Source: Elainellaceae cyanobacterium
GTDB taxonomy: Bacteria; Cyanobacteriota; Cyanobacteriia; CAZCXK01
Direction of reading: 5' to 3'
DNA: 36,406 bases
Assembly: GCA_051117555.1 (NCBI GenBank)
Contig: JBNPEG010000126.1
Location: 1 to 36,406, forward strand
Below, piece by piece: positions 1 through 9,158 of the stretch. Each line of letters begins with the position of its first letter. The stretch's first letter is position 1. The notes beneath the pieces are model-generated. The model was not told where the DNA came from, searched no databases, and saw nothing but the letters and a program-made list of their open reading frames with translations. Position numbers and translations under genes: made by a program.

Positions 1-126
1 TGTTTGCTCGGATTCGCGGCTATATTGCAACCCTTAAGAAGCAAGGACTCAATGTTTTAGATGCCCTCAAGCAAGTCTTTTTGGGCAATCCAACGATGCC
101 GACTATGCTTCAACCTAAGTAGTTAC
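1..126 (+). mobile_element. Right end of an IS66-family insertion sequence: transposase C-terminus (<1..122) plus right terminal inverted repeat ending TTAC at 126
   Basis: Frame starting at 3 reads FARIRGYIATLKKQGLNVLDALKQVFLGNPTMPTMLQPK*, resembling the IS66 transposase C-terminus (F.RIR.Y..T..KQG..VL.AL...F.G.P). It ends in CCTAAGTAGTTAC; IS66 ends read GTAA...TTAC. Confidence 0.8.
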
Positions 127-161
127 CTATGAACAGCAAATGTGCTGACGTTGCTGACCCA

Positions 162-788
162 TCATCGACTTAACCAGGCGATCGCCTCTCGAATCCACTC
201 TTCTGCATCCGCCGTCTTAGAGAGAGCTTGACTTTGACCCACTGCTCTGACGGCTTGAAGAATTTCTCCGCTCGAATAGCCCAACGCCAGCAACGTTATT
301 TCGACATCCTCTTGTATAGTTGTGATCGGACTTGCATCTGGCGTTGTCGTCAACCCAGACTGGAGCCGCCATTCTGCCAGCTTATTGCGGAGTTCGAGAG
401 AAATTCGCTCAGCCGTTTTAGTGCCCACACCGGGGGTCTTCGACAACAATCGGGCATTACTCGTCACGATCGCCTGAACTAATTCTTGCAAGCCTAGCGT
501 ATCAATTAGCGCAACGGCTAGCTGAGGCCCAACGCCGCTTGCAGACACTAACTGACGAAATAAATCTCGTTCGGCAGTCGATTGAAACCCAAATAACACC
601 ATTTGGTCTTCCTTGACTTGGAGGTGTGTAAAAATCTGCACCGGATCTCCAACTGCCGGAAGATGAGCCAGCATGCGGGGCACGATTTGCACATCGTATC
701 CAATTTGGTTGACATCGAGCGTTAGCATCACGCGACCCGCTCCAATTTTTTGAATCTCGACAATCGTGCCCTTGAGATAGCTAATCAT
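162..788 (-). CDS. ruvA: Holliday junction branch migration protein RuvA
   Basis: MISYLKG start, L.FGF....ER.LF..L, HhH motifs SGVGPQLA and PGVGTKTAERI, C-terminal LLALGY domain. Overlaps the upstream gene by 8 bp. Confidence 0.97.
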   Translation of the reverse strand: MISYLKGTIVEIQKIGAGRVMLTLDVNQIGYDVQIVPRMLAHLPAVGDPVQIFTHLQVKEDQMVLFGFQSTAERDLFRQLVSASGVGPQLAVALIDTLGLQELVQAIVTSNARLLSKTPGVGTKTAERISLELRNKLAEWRLQSGLTTTPDASPITTIQEDVEITLLALGYSSGEILQAVRAVGQSQALSKTADAEEWIREAIAWLSR

Positions 789-1539
789 TCTCGATAAATT
801 CGAAGTGCTTTAATCCTTCTAGAATGCCACCCGCATAGTGCGATTGAGCTAAATATAAATGAGCAGGATTAGATTGGGCTTGATACCAGCCTCGCAATTC
901 CGGTTTGGCATTGCCTACAATAATGCCTTTTGATTGCGTAGATTCAAACATCGCAATATCATTTCCAGAATCGCCACAGACGGCAGTCCGCTCAGGCGCC
1001 ATTTCTAACTGAGCTTGCAAAAATGCGGTGGCGGCTCCCTTATTGCCGCTTCGGGGGAGAATATCTAAATCTTTACCACTGCTGTAGACCAACTGCGTAT
1101 CCAATCCCTGGTCTGCCAGAGCTGACTCCAATCGAGGCAGCAACTCGGTCGCGGCATCCATCGTGACAAAATAGCTCACCTTAAACGGAGTTTGTTCCGA
1201 TGCAGGCTGAGGCACTAAATCCGAAAAGTGAGCCGCGATCGCCGTGATTTCCTCTCGATTCCATCCCTGAGACAGCTTCTCTACCCACGCCGCATTAGGT
1301 TCATCGCTGCCATACGAATAGATCATCGTCCCCACCGATAAGACCACGAAATCAGGTGAAATGAGAGGCTTTTCGGCTTCGAGTTCTTGATACAGCGTCG
1401 GCGATCGCCCTGTTGAATAGACAATGATGCTGCCATAGTCGTCTCGATGCTTAACCAGATGTTGATTCAGCCTCTCCAACGCTGCATCATCGCCGACGAG
1501 CGTGTTGTCTAAGTCTGTGATAAACAGGAATTTTGTCAT
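781..1539 (-). CDS. spp: Sucrose-phosphate phosphatase (HAD IIB)
   Basis: HAD motif DLDNTL, STGRS, Q.PFKVSY, YSSGKDLDILP, GDSGND. Likely start ATG 1539 (MTKFLFITD). Confidence 0.9.
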   Translation of the reverse strand: MTKFLFITDLDNTLVGDDAALERLNQHLVKHRDDYGSIIVYSTGRSPTLYQELEAEKPLISPDFVVLSVGTMIYSYGSDEPNAAWVEKLSQGWNREEITAIAAHFSDLVPQPASEQTPFKVSYFVTMDAATELLPRLESALADQGLDTQLVYSSGKDLDILPRSGNKGAATAFLQAQLEMAPERTAVCGDSGNDIAMFESTQSKGIIVGNAKPELRGWYQAQSNPAHLYLAQSHYAGGILEGLKHFEFIEND

Positions 1540-1707
1540 GAATCGCATTCCGTGTCAGAGCTACCATGCAAAGTGTAAGCGATGATGTCAGAGCGATGCA
1601 GTCTCGCCGGTAAGAGATTAAGAGTCCTCTCACATGCCGACAGATTAAAATCTGCGGCGATACAAACTAAGGGGTCGTAAAGAACAACTTTACGGTTTGA
1701 TTGAGCC

Positions 1708-1870
1708 GTAGTGTTGTGACATGCCTAAAATAGTGCAAATTATTAAAAGGCTGAAGCTCTTGAATCCGGTGCGTTACGCTGCGCTGACGCTGCGCTAACG
1801 ACACCCTACCTGATGCACTATTTTGGTTGTGCCACGCCAGTAGGGTGCTGTCAGCGTCAGCTAACGCACC
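1708..1870. repeat. Composite repeat: MITE-like imperfect terminal inverted repeats (about 1708-1737 and 1814-1843) overlapping an inverted pair of GTAG-type REP-like palindromes (1768-1809, 1840-1870)
   Basis: AAAATAGTGCA...TGCACTATTTT inverted. GGTGCGTTACGC...GCTAACGACACCCTAC and GTAGGGTGCTGTCAGCGTCAGCTAACGCACC are inverted copies of one palindromic unit. Confidence 0.7.
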
Positions 1871-2008
1871 ACCATGAGGTTATTTTTTAACAAGCCCTAA
1901 GTATCGGGTTAATAAACGGCTCGTTAAGATAAGAGAAACAGCCAACGCACATCGAATTTTTCAGTCACTTTTTCATTCACAATCGATTCATGTAGGGTGA
2001 AGGTCGCC

Positions 2009-3409
2009 ATGAATACAGTACATCGTCAAATTCTTCAGCAGCTTCCCAATGGCCCTAGCCTGCCTCCCATCCTTCAGCTTGCGAATTGGATTGCTCGACC
2101 CTATCCCTTCCTAGATGATTGCGCCCGTCTCTACGGCGATCGCTTCACCCTGCGATTGAGCAGCTTCTCACCGATGGTCTTTTTTAGCCATCCCGACACC
2201 ATCCAAGAGATTTTTAGAGCCGACCCAAATCATTTTGAAATCGGAGCAACAAATGGCATCTTGCGACCCCTCGTCGGAAATGAATCATTGCTGCTGCTCG
2301 ATGGCGATCGCCACCAGCGTCAGCGCCAGCTTCTCATGCCGCCTTTCCACGGCGAACGCATGCGTGCCTATGGCGATCTGATTCGAGACATTACTCAACA
2401 GGTGACAGATAAATGGCAAATCGGTCAGCCCTTCGCAGTGCGCCCGTTTATGCAAGATATTTCCTTGAAGGTCATTCTGCAAGCCATCTTTGGAACTGAC
2501 CGAGGCGAACACTACGAGCAACTGCGTCAGCTAACCAGTACGTTACTCGACTTAACAGGTTCGCCACTAAGCTCAAGCATCTTGTTCATCCATCAACTTC
2601 AGCGCGACTGGGGAACCTGGAGCCCGTGGGGAAAGTTCATCAATTTGCGATCGCGCGTCGATGACATCATCTATCGCGAAATTCACTACCGCCGAGAGCA
2701 CTTCGACCCCAATCGAGAAGACATTTTGACCCTGCTTTTGTCTGCTCGCGACGAAAACGGTCAACCGATGACCGATATCGAACTACGCGATGAGCTGATG
2801 ACCCTCCTCCTCGCTGGGCATGAAACCACCGCCTCCGCACTCACCTGGGCTCTGTATTGGATACATCATCTTCCCACTGTTCATGACTCCCTGCTCGCCG
2901 AGCTTTCCTCGATTGACCCCGACGATATCTCAGCGCTGGTGCGATCGCCCTATCTGAACGCCGTCTGCCAAGAAACCCTGCGAATCTATCCCATCGCGCC
3001 CATTCCGTTTCCGCGTCGAGTATTAGAAAACCCATTTGAGGTTCGAGGAGAATCCTATCCACCGGAGACGATGCTTATTCCCTGCATTTACCTCACCCAT
3101 CATCGCCCCGACGTGTATCCCAACCCTCAACAGTTTCGCCCCGAACGATTCCTCGAACGCCAATATTCGCCCTACGAATTTTTGCCCTTCGGTGGGGGAA
3201 ATCGCCGCTGCATCGGCATGGCGTTTGCTCTCTATGAAATGAAACTCGTGCTCGCAGAAATCTTATCTAACTTTGAGCTTATCCTAGAGCGCGATCGCCC
3301 CGTGCAGCCCGTACGTCGCGGGGTCACCCTCGCTCCTCCAGCTACTCTCAAACTGGTAGTATCACGGTCACGACAAGCGACAAAATTTCCCGTCGCGTCA
3401 CACATGTGA
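2009..3409 (+). CDS. Cytochrome P450, CYP110-like
   Basis: I-helix AGHETT, ExxR (ETLR), PERF and heme motif FGGGNRRCIG. ATG 2009 preferred over GTG 1997. Confidence 0.95.
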   Translation: MNTVHRQILQQLPNGPSLPPILQLANWIARPYPFLDDCARLYGDRFTLRLSSFSPMVFFSHPDTIQEIFRADPNHFEIGATNGILRPLVGNESLLLLDGDRHQRQRQLLMPPFHGERMRAYGDLIRDITQQVTDKWQIGQPFAVRPFMQDISLKVILQAIFGTDRGEHYEQLRQLTSTLLDLTGSPLSSSILFIHQLQRDWGTWSPWGKFINLRSRVDDIIYREIHYRREHFDPNREDILTLLLSARDENGQPMTDIELRDELMTLLLAGHETTASALTWALYWIHHLPTVHDSLLAELSSIDPDDISALVRSPYLNAVCQETLRIYPIAPIPFPRRVLENPFEVRGESYPPETMLIPCIYLTHHRPDVYPNPQQFRPERFLERQYSPYEFLPFGGGNRRCIGMAFALYEMKLVLAEILSNFELILERDRPVQPVRRGVTLAPPATLKLVVSRSRQATKFPVASHM

Positions 3410-3618
3410 TCAGAAACTCCGAATCAGCGTTAGCAACCGATGCAAATGCCATTGTCAGCGCAACATTAGTACGGAACAGTTGCGCAACGTTGAATCGTTC
3501 AAGTTCTATCGTAGTGCTACGCCACTACTGTGACGATTGAGTTGGGTTAGTTAAAGTTGGAGAGCGATCGCCCTCCGCTATAAAACGCAGAGAATTCGAC
3601 AGATGTGAATGTGGATTT

Positions 3619-3660
3619 GTATCGAGAAACACCATTTATGACCTCCCTCAACTTCAGAAT
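3619..3660 (+). promoter_or_regulatory. Putative NtcA-activated promoter of codB
   Basis: GTA-N8-CAC (3619-3632), then 22 nt, then CAGAAT (3655-3660). Consensus is GTA-N8-TAC-N22-TAN3T; one mismatch in each element. Confidence 0.45.
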
Positions 3661-3709
3661 AGAGCACAACATGCAGGTCATTTAGAGGTCGTTCAGGTCA
3701 TCATTCACT

Positions 3710-5011
3710 ATGAGTACAACTACAAAACCTCCAGTGCTTCCACAAGGAGCCTCGGGAGAAGATTTTCCGCTGAGTCCTGTGCCTCCGACGGCGCGAAAGT
3801 CACTGATCTCGCTAGCTCCTATTTTGATTGGGTTTACGCTCTACTCAGGCACTCTATTTGCCGGGGGCATTGTAGGACCATCGTTTCAGTTTTGGCCCAA
3901 TCTAATTGGGCTAATTGTTGTTAGCAACCTGATTCTAGGCGTGTATGCCTCGCTCTTGGGCTTTATCGCTGCCAAGACAGGACTCACAACCGTTTTAATG
4001 GCGCGATTTAGCTTTGGCAGTGCAGGATCACGATGGGTTGATTTTATTCTTGGCTTCACTCAAATCGGTTGGTACGCTTGGGGCTCTGCCCTGATGGCAA
4101 ATCTGCTAATTACCCTGGCTGGCGTCCCCGAATCTTTAAATGGAATTCTGATTCTATTTTTCACCTATGCGTGCTGCTCCACAGCGTATTTTGGCTACAA
4201 AGCGATGGATTGGCTGAGCCGCATCGCGGTTCCGGCCATGGTGATTTTGATGGTGTGGAGTTTGGCGATCGCCGGTAGTGATGTCGGTGGATTTGCTGGA
4301 CTGCAATCCACGGAGCTAGGTGACGCGCTACCCGTTGGAGCGGCCATCACGATTATTGTGGGCACGTTTGTGTCAGGTGGAACTCAAGCTACGAACTGGA
4401 GCCGCTTTGCAAAGTCGGGCAAGACTGGGTTTATTGCCACTCTCATCGCATTTTTCTTGGGCAATGGATTCCTCATTTTCAGTGGTGCCTTTTGTGCCAA
4501 GGTCTATGGTGAACCTGACATCGTTACGGTGATGGCTCAGCAGGGATTGTTGATTTGGGGGTTGATTCTCTTCATCCTCAATATGTGGACGACTCAAGAC
4601 AACACCATTTACGCCTTTTCAATCGCCGCTTCCAATATGTTTCGCACTAGCAAGCGCACTCTGTTTGTATTGGGTGGTGCGACCTTTGCCCTAGTGCTGG
4701 CCTGGGGAGGTATTTACGAAATGTTGGTGAACTATCTCATCCTGTTAGGCACCTTCATTCCCCCTATTGGTGGTGTGATTATGGCTGACTATTGGGTGCA
4801 TCGGCAAGGCGAATTTCCTGAACTGACTGATTCGCAGCCCGCGTTTAATTGGGCTGGCATTATCGCCTATGTCGCAGCATCGGCGATCGCCTTTTTCACT
4901 AGCAATGCGTCAATCGGTATTGTGCCGATTAATGGTATTGTTTCAGCTGCTATTATCTACGTGATTTTAGCTCGGCTGATTCCTCAAAATCGCCATCAAA
5001 CGACTCCTTAA
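3710..5011 (+). CDS. codB: Cytosine/purine permease (NCS1 family)
   Basis: Multi-TM protein with EDFPLSPVP, TGLTTVLMARFSFG, TQIGWYAWG, FVSGGTQATNWSRF and NMWTTQDNTIY, typical of CodB. Confidence 0.9.
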   Translation: MSTTTKPPVLPQGASGEDFPLSPVPPTARKSLISLAPILIGFTLYSGTLFAGGIVGPSFQFWPNLIGLIVVSNLILGVYASLLGFIAAKTGLTTVLMARFSFGSAGSRWVDFILGFTQIGWYAWGSALMANLLITLAGVPESLNGILILFFTYACCSTAYFGYKAMDWLSRIAVPAMVILMVWSLAIAGSDVGGFAGLQSTELGDALPVGAAITIIVGTFVSGGTQATNWSRFAKSGKTGFIATLIAFFLGNGFLIFSGAFCAKVYGEPDIVTVMAQQGLLIWGLILFILNMWTTQDNTIYAFSIAASNMFRTSKRTLFVLGGATFALVLAWGGIYEMLVNYLILLGTFIPPIGGVIMADYWVHRQGEFPELTDSQPAFNWAGIIAYVAASAIAFFTSNASIGIVPINGIVSAAIIYVILARLIPQNRHQTTP

Positions 5012-5123
5012 TTCAGCGATCGCCAATCGGGTAGGTGCGTTCCTCACTACCACTCCTGATTACACCAATTCTTCAAAGTCAGGCTACCAATGAACAGGCT
5101 AGAGCCCTTGCAAGGCTGGCCGT

Positions 5124-5156
5124 CAATCCAAAATCGAAAATCCAAAATCGAAAATT
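5124..5156. repeat. STRR-like heptamer tandem repeat (AAATCCA/AAATCGA), probably within a degenerate small repeat element at about 5061-5163
   Basis: caatcca aaatcga aaatcca aaatcga aaatt read directly from the sequence. Confidence 0.7.
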
Positions 5157-5170
5157 AGTAGTATTCCAAT

Positions 5171-5197
5171 AAAAAAACCCGACACTATGTCGGGTTT
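5171..5197 (-). terminator. Rho-independent terminator
   Basis: Minus strand AAACCCGACA-TAG-TGTCGGGTTTTTTT: perfect stem followed by a U7 tract. Confidence 0.85.
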
Positions 5198-5363
5198 GCG
5201 AGATCAAATGCCCCCAAATGATCTCAGATCTTACTGCAACATTGCTTGCGATGTAGAACGCAATCAGTGTTGATGTCCACATTTCTACTGTAGAGCGATC
5301 GCCTTCAAACGACCTCCTTCGACGGTGTCGCCTAGCTGGGTGATTCTCGCTCACTCGGTCTGG

Positions 5364-6992
5364 CTAAACCATGACACTGAGGGCGATTTGTTGTGCATGA
5401 GGCATCTGCCCATAGGTAAACACCCAAGGAATCTGAGGGGGTATACTTGGCCGCAAATGCTCTAGCACATAGGGACTACCATAGATGACAAGTCCGCTCA
5501 GTTGCTGTGTTTGCATTAAAAATATCAACCATTCATCTGCAATATGAGTCAGTCCAGCACTGCCCCGAAACGGATTTCCGCGAACGAATAGCTGAAGTAG
5601 GGTCGGGACAGGCGTATCAGAATGGTAATGCGATGGTAGATGTGGCGTATGGCAATCGATGAGCTGGAGTTGATGATAGCCATAGTGCTTAGGGAGTGCG
5701 ATCGCAGGCGTATGGTGACCCAAAAAATCACAGTCTAGTACATCATCGACGACAATCACATTTCGCCCTGACTCGACCGATGCAAGCGGTTGATCAACCT
5801 GACCCTGCATCGAGTGTCGTAGAATTTGAGCCGCAGCATCAGTGGCATGAGGTTGGGAGAGATGATCCAAATGCATCACCGTGTTTCGAGACGTAGTTGG
5901 TGAGGAGGCTTCACGAGGGGATGATAGGTACTGCTCTCCATCCTGCTTCCCATATAGGTGTTGTTTTGCCGTCCAGATGCGCTCGATTGAGGCATGAATG
6001 CGCTCGATTGCAATCCGTCCTGATTCAACAGCCCGACAGACTGCACGAATCGTCCCTTCTGGATCGAGCGGCATTAGCAAAATGTCAGCCCCCGCTTCCA
6101 CAGCCATCACTGGCGCATCATTAGCTCCATAGTGGTTGGCGATCGCCCCCATCACCAACGCATCGGTGACAATCAGCCCTCCAAAGCCTAGTTCTTGCCG
6201 CAATACGCGCGTCAATATAGTAGGAGAAAGCGTAGCGGGATAGGTCGAATCGAGGGCAGGAATATGCACATGGGCGCTCATCACGGAATCAACCCCAGTG
6301 GCGATCGCTGCCTTAAAGGGAGGCAGTTCAATCTCCGCAAGGCGGGCTGAATCGTGAGGAAGAACGGGCAAGTCTAGGTGCGAATCTATGGCAGTGTCGC
6401 CATGCCCTGGAAAATGTTTGGCAGACGTTAGCACTGGATAGGGCTGTGTTCCTCGAATGAATGCAGTTGCGAGCTGACTCACACTGTCTGGCGTATCACC
6501 AAAGGCTCGGACGTTAATCACAGGATTAAGGGGATTATTATTCACATCCACCACAGGCGCTAAAATCCAGTTCACCCCAATTGCAAGCGCTTCTTGAGCG
6601 GTGATCGCCCCCATTTTTTCTGCATAGAGAACCGCTTGATCGAGATCTCGGCGTGCCCATTCGGCGATCGCCATAGGGGGCGGGAACCAGGTCGCGCCTG
6701 AAAATCGCTGCCCAACGCCCTCTTCAATATCGGCGGCAACCAATAACGGAAGTGTCGCCCACGACCGAAGCTGGTGCGATCGCACGGCCAGCTCCGCCGC
6801 GCTTCCGCCCAGCAAAATGACTCCGCCGACTTTCAAATCACGGAGCCAGTGCATCAGAGTTGCATTAGCAGGTTCCCAGTCTGGATATTGGATTTGGTCA
6901 TCAAATAGATAGCCCGACGCTCGCACAACCACCATCTGCGCGACCTGTTCTGCAAGAGACAATTCGCGCCAGTCAGGCAAGAAAGACGGCAT
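5364..6992 (-). CDS. Glycoside hydrolase family 3 (NagZ-like beta-N-acetylhexosaminidase/beta-glucosidase)
   Basis: DIEEGVG, APVVDVN..P.NPVINVRAFG, KHFPGHGDTAIDSH (NagZ signature) and TDALVMGA. Confidence 0.92.
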   Translation of the reverse strand: MPSFLPDWRELSLAEQVAQMVVVRASGYLFDDQIQYPDWEPANATLMHWLRDLKVGGVILLGGSAAELAVRSHQLRSWATLPLLVAADIEEGVGQRFSGATWFPPPMAIAEWARRDLDQAVLYAEKMGAITAQEALAIGVNWILAPVVDVNNNPLNPVINVRAFGDTPDSVSQLATAFIRGTQPYPVLTSAKHFPGHGDTAIDSHLDLPVLPHDSARLAEIELPPFKAAIATGVDSVMSAHVHIPALDSTYPATLSPTILTRVLRQELGFGGLIVTDALVMGAIANHYGANDAPVMAVEAGADILLMPLDPEGTIRAVCRAVESGRIAIERIHASIERIWTAKQHLYGKQDGEQYLSSPREASSPTTSRNTVMHLDHLSQPHATDAAAQILRHSMQGQVDQPLASVESGRNVIVVDDVLDCDFLGHHTPAIALPKHYGYHQLQLIDCHTPHLPSHYHSDTPVPTLLQLFVRGNPFRGSAGLTHIADEWLIFLMQTQQLSGLVIYGSPYVLEHLRPSIPPQIPWVFTYGQMPHAQQIALSVMV

Positions 6993-7013
6993 ATCCTCAC
7001 TCCTCAATCGTTG

Positions 7014-7469
7014 TCAGTCTGCCAAATCGCCTGCCTTGTCGTCTGCCTCATCATCTGCCTCATCATCTGCCTCATCATCTGAGAGACCAAGCTCTCCTGA
7101 TTCGACTTTGGCGTGTCGTTCTTCGCTGAGCTGGTTGATGAGCGAAAGAACTCGCGTTCCTCGTTCGATGCCGCGATCTTGGATAAATACCACTTCCGGA
7201 GTCCGCCTCAACCGAATGCGCTGCCCGAGTTCGCTTCGCACATACCCGGTTGCAGACTTTAAGCCTTCCATGGTTTGAGCTTGGGCTTCTTCCGAACCGT
7301 AAATGCTGACAAAAATTTTGGCATGTTGCAAATCCCCAGACACATCTACATCGGTGACGCTCACCATGCCCATCCCAACTCGGTCATCTTTAATGCCAGA
7401 AAACAAAAGCTGGCTGATTTCTCGCTTGATAAGTTCTGATACGCGAGCAATCCGTCGATTGGTTGCCAT
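7014..7469 (-). CDS. rbfA: Ribosome-binding factor A
   Basis: [50 protein letters not shown]. Confidence 0.97.
   Translation of the reverse strand: MATNRRIARVSELIKREISQLLFSGIKDDRVGMGMVSVTDVDVSGDLQHAKIFVSIYGSEEAQAQTMEGLKSATGYVRSELGQRIRLRRTPEVVFIQDRGIERGTRVLSLINQLSEERHAKVESGELGLSDDEADDEADDEADDKAGDLAD
7042..7080. repeat. 12-bp coding tandem repeat (TCTGCCTCATCA x3) encoding DDEA repeats in the RbfA tail
   Basis: Three exact copies read directly. Confidence 0.9.
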
Positions 7470-7518
7470 TACACTCACCTTTTTCCTGGCAATAACGTCG
7501 CTGTGTTCACAGTCTAAG

Positions 7519-7722
7519 CTAACTTACACCCAGTCCTAACATTGCCCTGAGAGTAAAGGTGACAAACGCAAACGCACCAATCAAAGTCCCAATTAGAGCG
7601 ATCGCCGTAGTGGGGCGCTTGAATAACGGAATCAGCGGCTGCACAAACGCAAACAATACGCCAAGCGTAAACGAAATGAGATATCTCGGATACCGAGCAA
7701 CGTTCTGCCAAAAATCTTGCAT
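7519..7722 (-). CDS. DUF751 family membrane protein
   Basis: [21 protein letters not shown]...FTLRAMLG, in its usual position upstream of cyanobacterial rbfA. Confidence 0.9.
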   Translation of the reverse strand: MQDFWQNVARYPRYLISFTLGVLFAFVQPLIPLFKRPTTAIALIGTLIGAFAFVTFTLRAMLGLGVS

Positions 7723-7940
7723 AGCTACTAGCCTAAATCTGCCTCTCTGGTTTCCCTTACTCATTTTAGAAGACGAGGTCAGACTTATAGGGCGGGTTGC
7801 CTAACAAAACTTTGGACACTGTCCATTACAACGGTTTTAACCGCCAGCCTCTGATCTTTTGTCAGTCAATCAGGCGAATAACTCAATTTAGGTTAGAAAA
7901 CATTCTATCGAATCTGGTTTTTCATACTTTTTAAAGAGCA

Positions 7941-8043
7941 TATAGCGATCCTAAATCGCGTGTGAAATCGCGTGTGAATTGTGTGTGAGTTGTGGGCCGC
8001 CGCCGCCTGCTCCACAACTCACAACCCATCTGGGATTGCTATA
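7941..8043 (-). mobile_element. MITE copy 1 (TATAG-ended, IS630/Tc1-like ends), inverted relative to copies at 21286 and 32995
   Basis: TATAGCGATCCTAAATCGC...CATCTGGGATTGCTATA with a central GC palindrome and an internal duplication of AATCGCGTGTGA. Confidence 0.8.
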
Positions 8044-8136
8044 TATTAAAGAGTATGTGAACAAACACGATAAAAATACGTGTAAAATGCGCGACAATTC
8101 GCTATTCTAAAACAAATTGTGGCGCTTCATGACCAA

Positions 8137-8964
8137 ATGATTGTTTATTCTCCGCCCATCAATGTCCCTCGTCCATTTTTGAAATGGGCAGGCGGAAAGG
8201 GGCAAGTGCTTCCACAATATGTCGATTATTTCCCAAACCCCTTTAAGCGGTATTTTGAACCATTTTTAGGGGGAGGAGCGGTCTTTTTTTACCTCCAACC
8301 TCGCCAAGCATGGCTAGCAGATATTAACCCTGAATTAGTAAATGTCTATTGTTGCGTGCGCGATCAGGTCGACGATTTAATTCAACTATTAGAGCATCAT
8401 CAAGCTCAACACAGCGTTGATTACTACTATAAAATTCGCGCTAATTCTGGAATGTGCAATCTCGAAAAGTCGGCGCGGCTTATCTACTTAAATAAAACCT
8501 GCTTCAACGGACTTTATCGAGAGAATTCTAAAGGGCAGTTTAACGTCCCGGTTGGGCGATATAAAAATCCTAAAATCTGCAATCCAGACATCCTCCGAGC
8601 TGCTTCTCTCGCCTTAAAAGATACTCAAATTGAAGTGAATACGTTCGCCGCCATTCTGGATATAGCGACTCGCTCAGATGATTTTGTCTACTTTGATCCG
8701 CCCTATCATCCAATTAGCTCAACGAGCAAATTCACTGCTTATAATCGATACGCATTTCACGCTGACGATCAGATTCGACTTCAGAAAACATTTGTGGCAC
8801 TCGCTGAACGAGGCGTTAATGTGATGCTATCAAACTCAGACTGTCCGTTTATTCGAGACTTATATCGAGATTTTAATATTCGTACCATTCAGGCCACCCG
8901 AGCCATTAATTCAAATGCAAAGCGGCGCGGCAAAATCACAGAACTATTAATAACGTCATATTAG
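8137..8964 (+). CDS. dam: Dam-family DNA adenine methyltransferase (orphan; probably GATC-specific, DmtA-like)
   Basis: LKWAGGK, FEPFLGGGAVF, LNKTCFNGLYR, DPPY catalytic motif and MLSNS. Alternative start GTG 8119. Confidence 0.9.
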   Translation: MIVYSPPINVPRPFLKWAGGKGQVLPQYVDYFPNPFKRYFEPFLGGGAVFFYLQPRQAWLADINPELVNVYCCVRDQVDDLIQLLEHHQAQHSVDYYYKIRANSGMCNLEKSARLIYLNKTCFNGLYRENSKGQFNVPVGRYKNPKICNPDILRAASLALKDTQIEVNTFAAILDIATRSDDFVYFDPPYHPISSTSKFTAYNRYAFHADDQIRLQKTFVALAERGVNVMLSNSDCPFIRDLYRDFNIRTIQATRAINSNAKRRGKITELLITSY

Positions 8965-9158
8965 GTGCACGGCGGTTATAGACGCTTCGCGAATAGCCAC
9001 CCGCATTCAGAATTTCGTCAGTCAACCAGCCAGCCTGGTAGATATTAACGGTTGACTATTAATGACTATTATATTGACGTTTATCGAAGCCATAAATACA
9101 TTCGATTGAATAGGGACAATGGGTTTGATAGAGTCCTCTAAATAGCGTTGAGAGAAGA

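Noticed and set aside
8137..8964. Restriction-modification system
   Set aside because: No endonuclease adjacent; orphan Dam-type methyltransferases are normal in cyanobacteria.
9053..9071. TGACTATTA direct repeat as a regulator site upstream of the exported MBL gene
   Set aside because: Short, AT-rich and matches no motif I can name.
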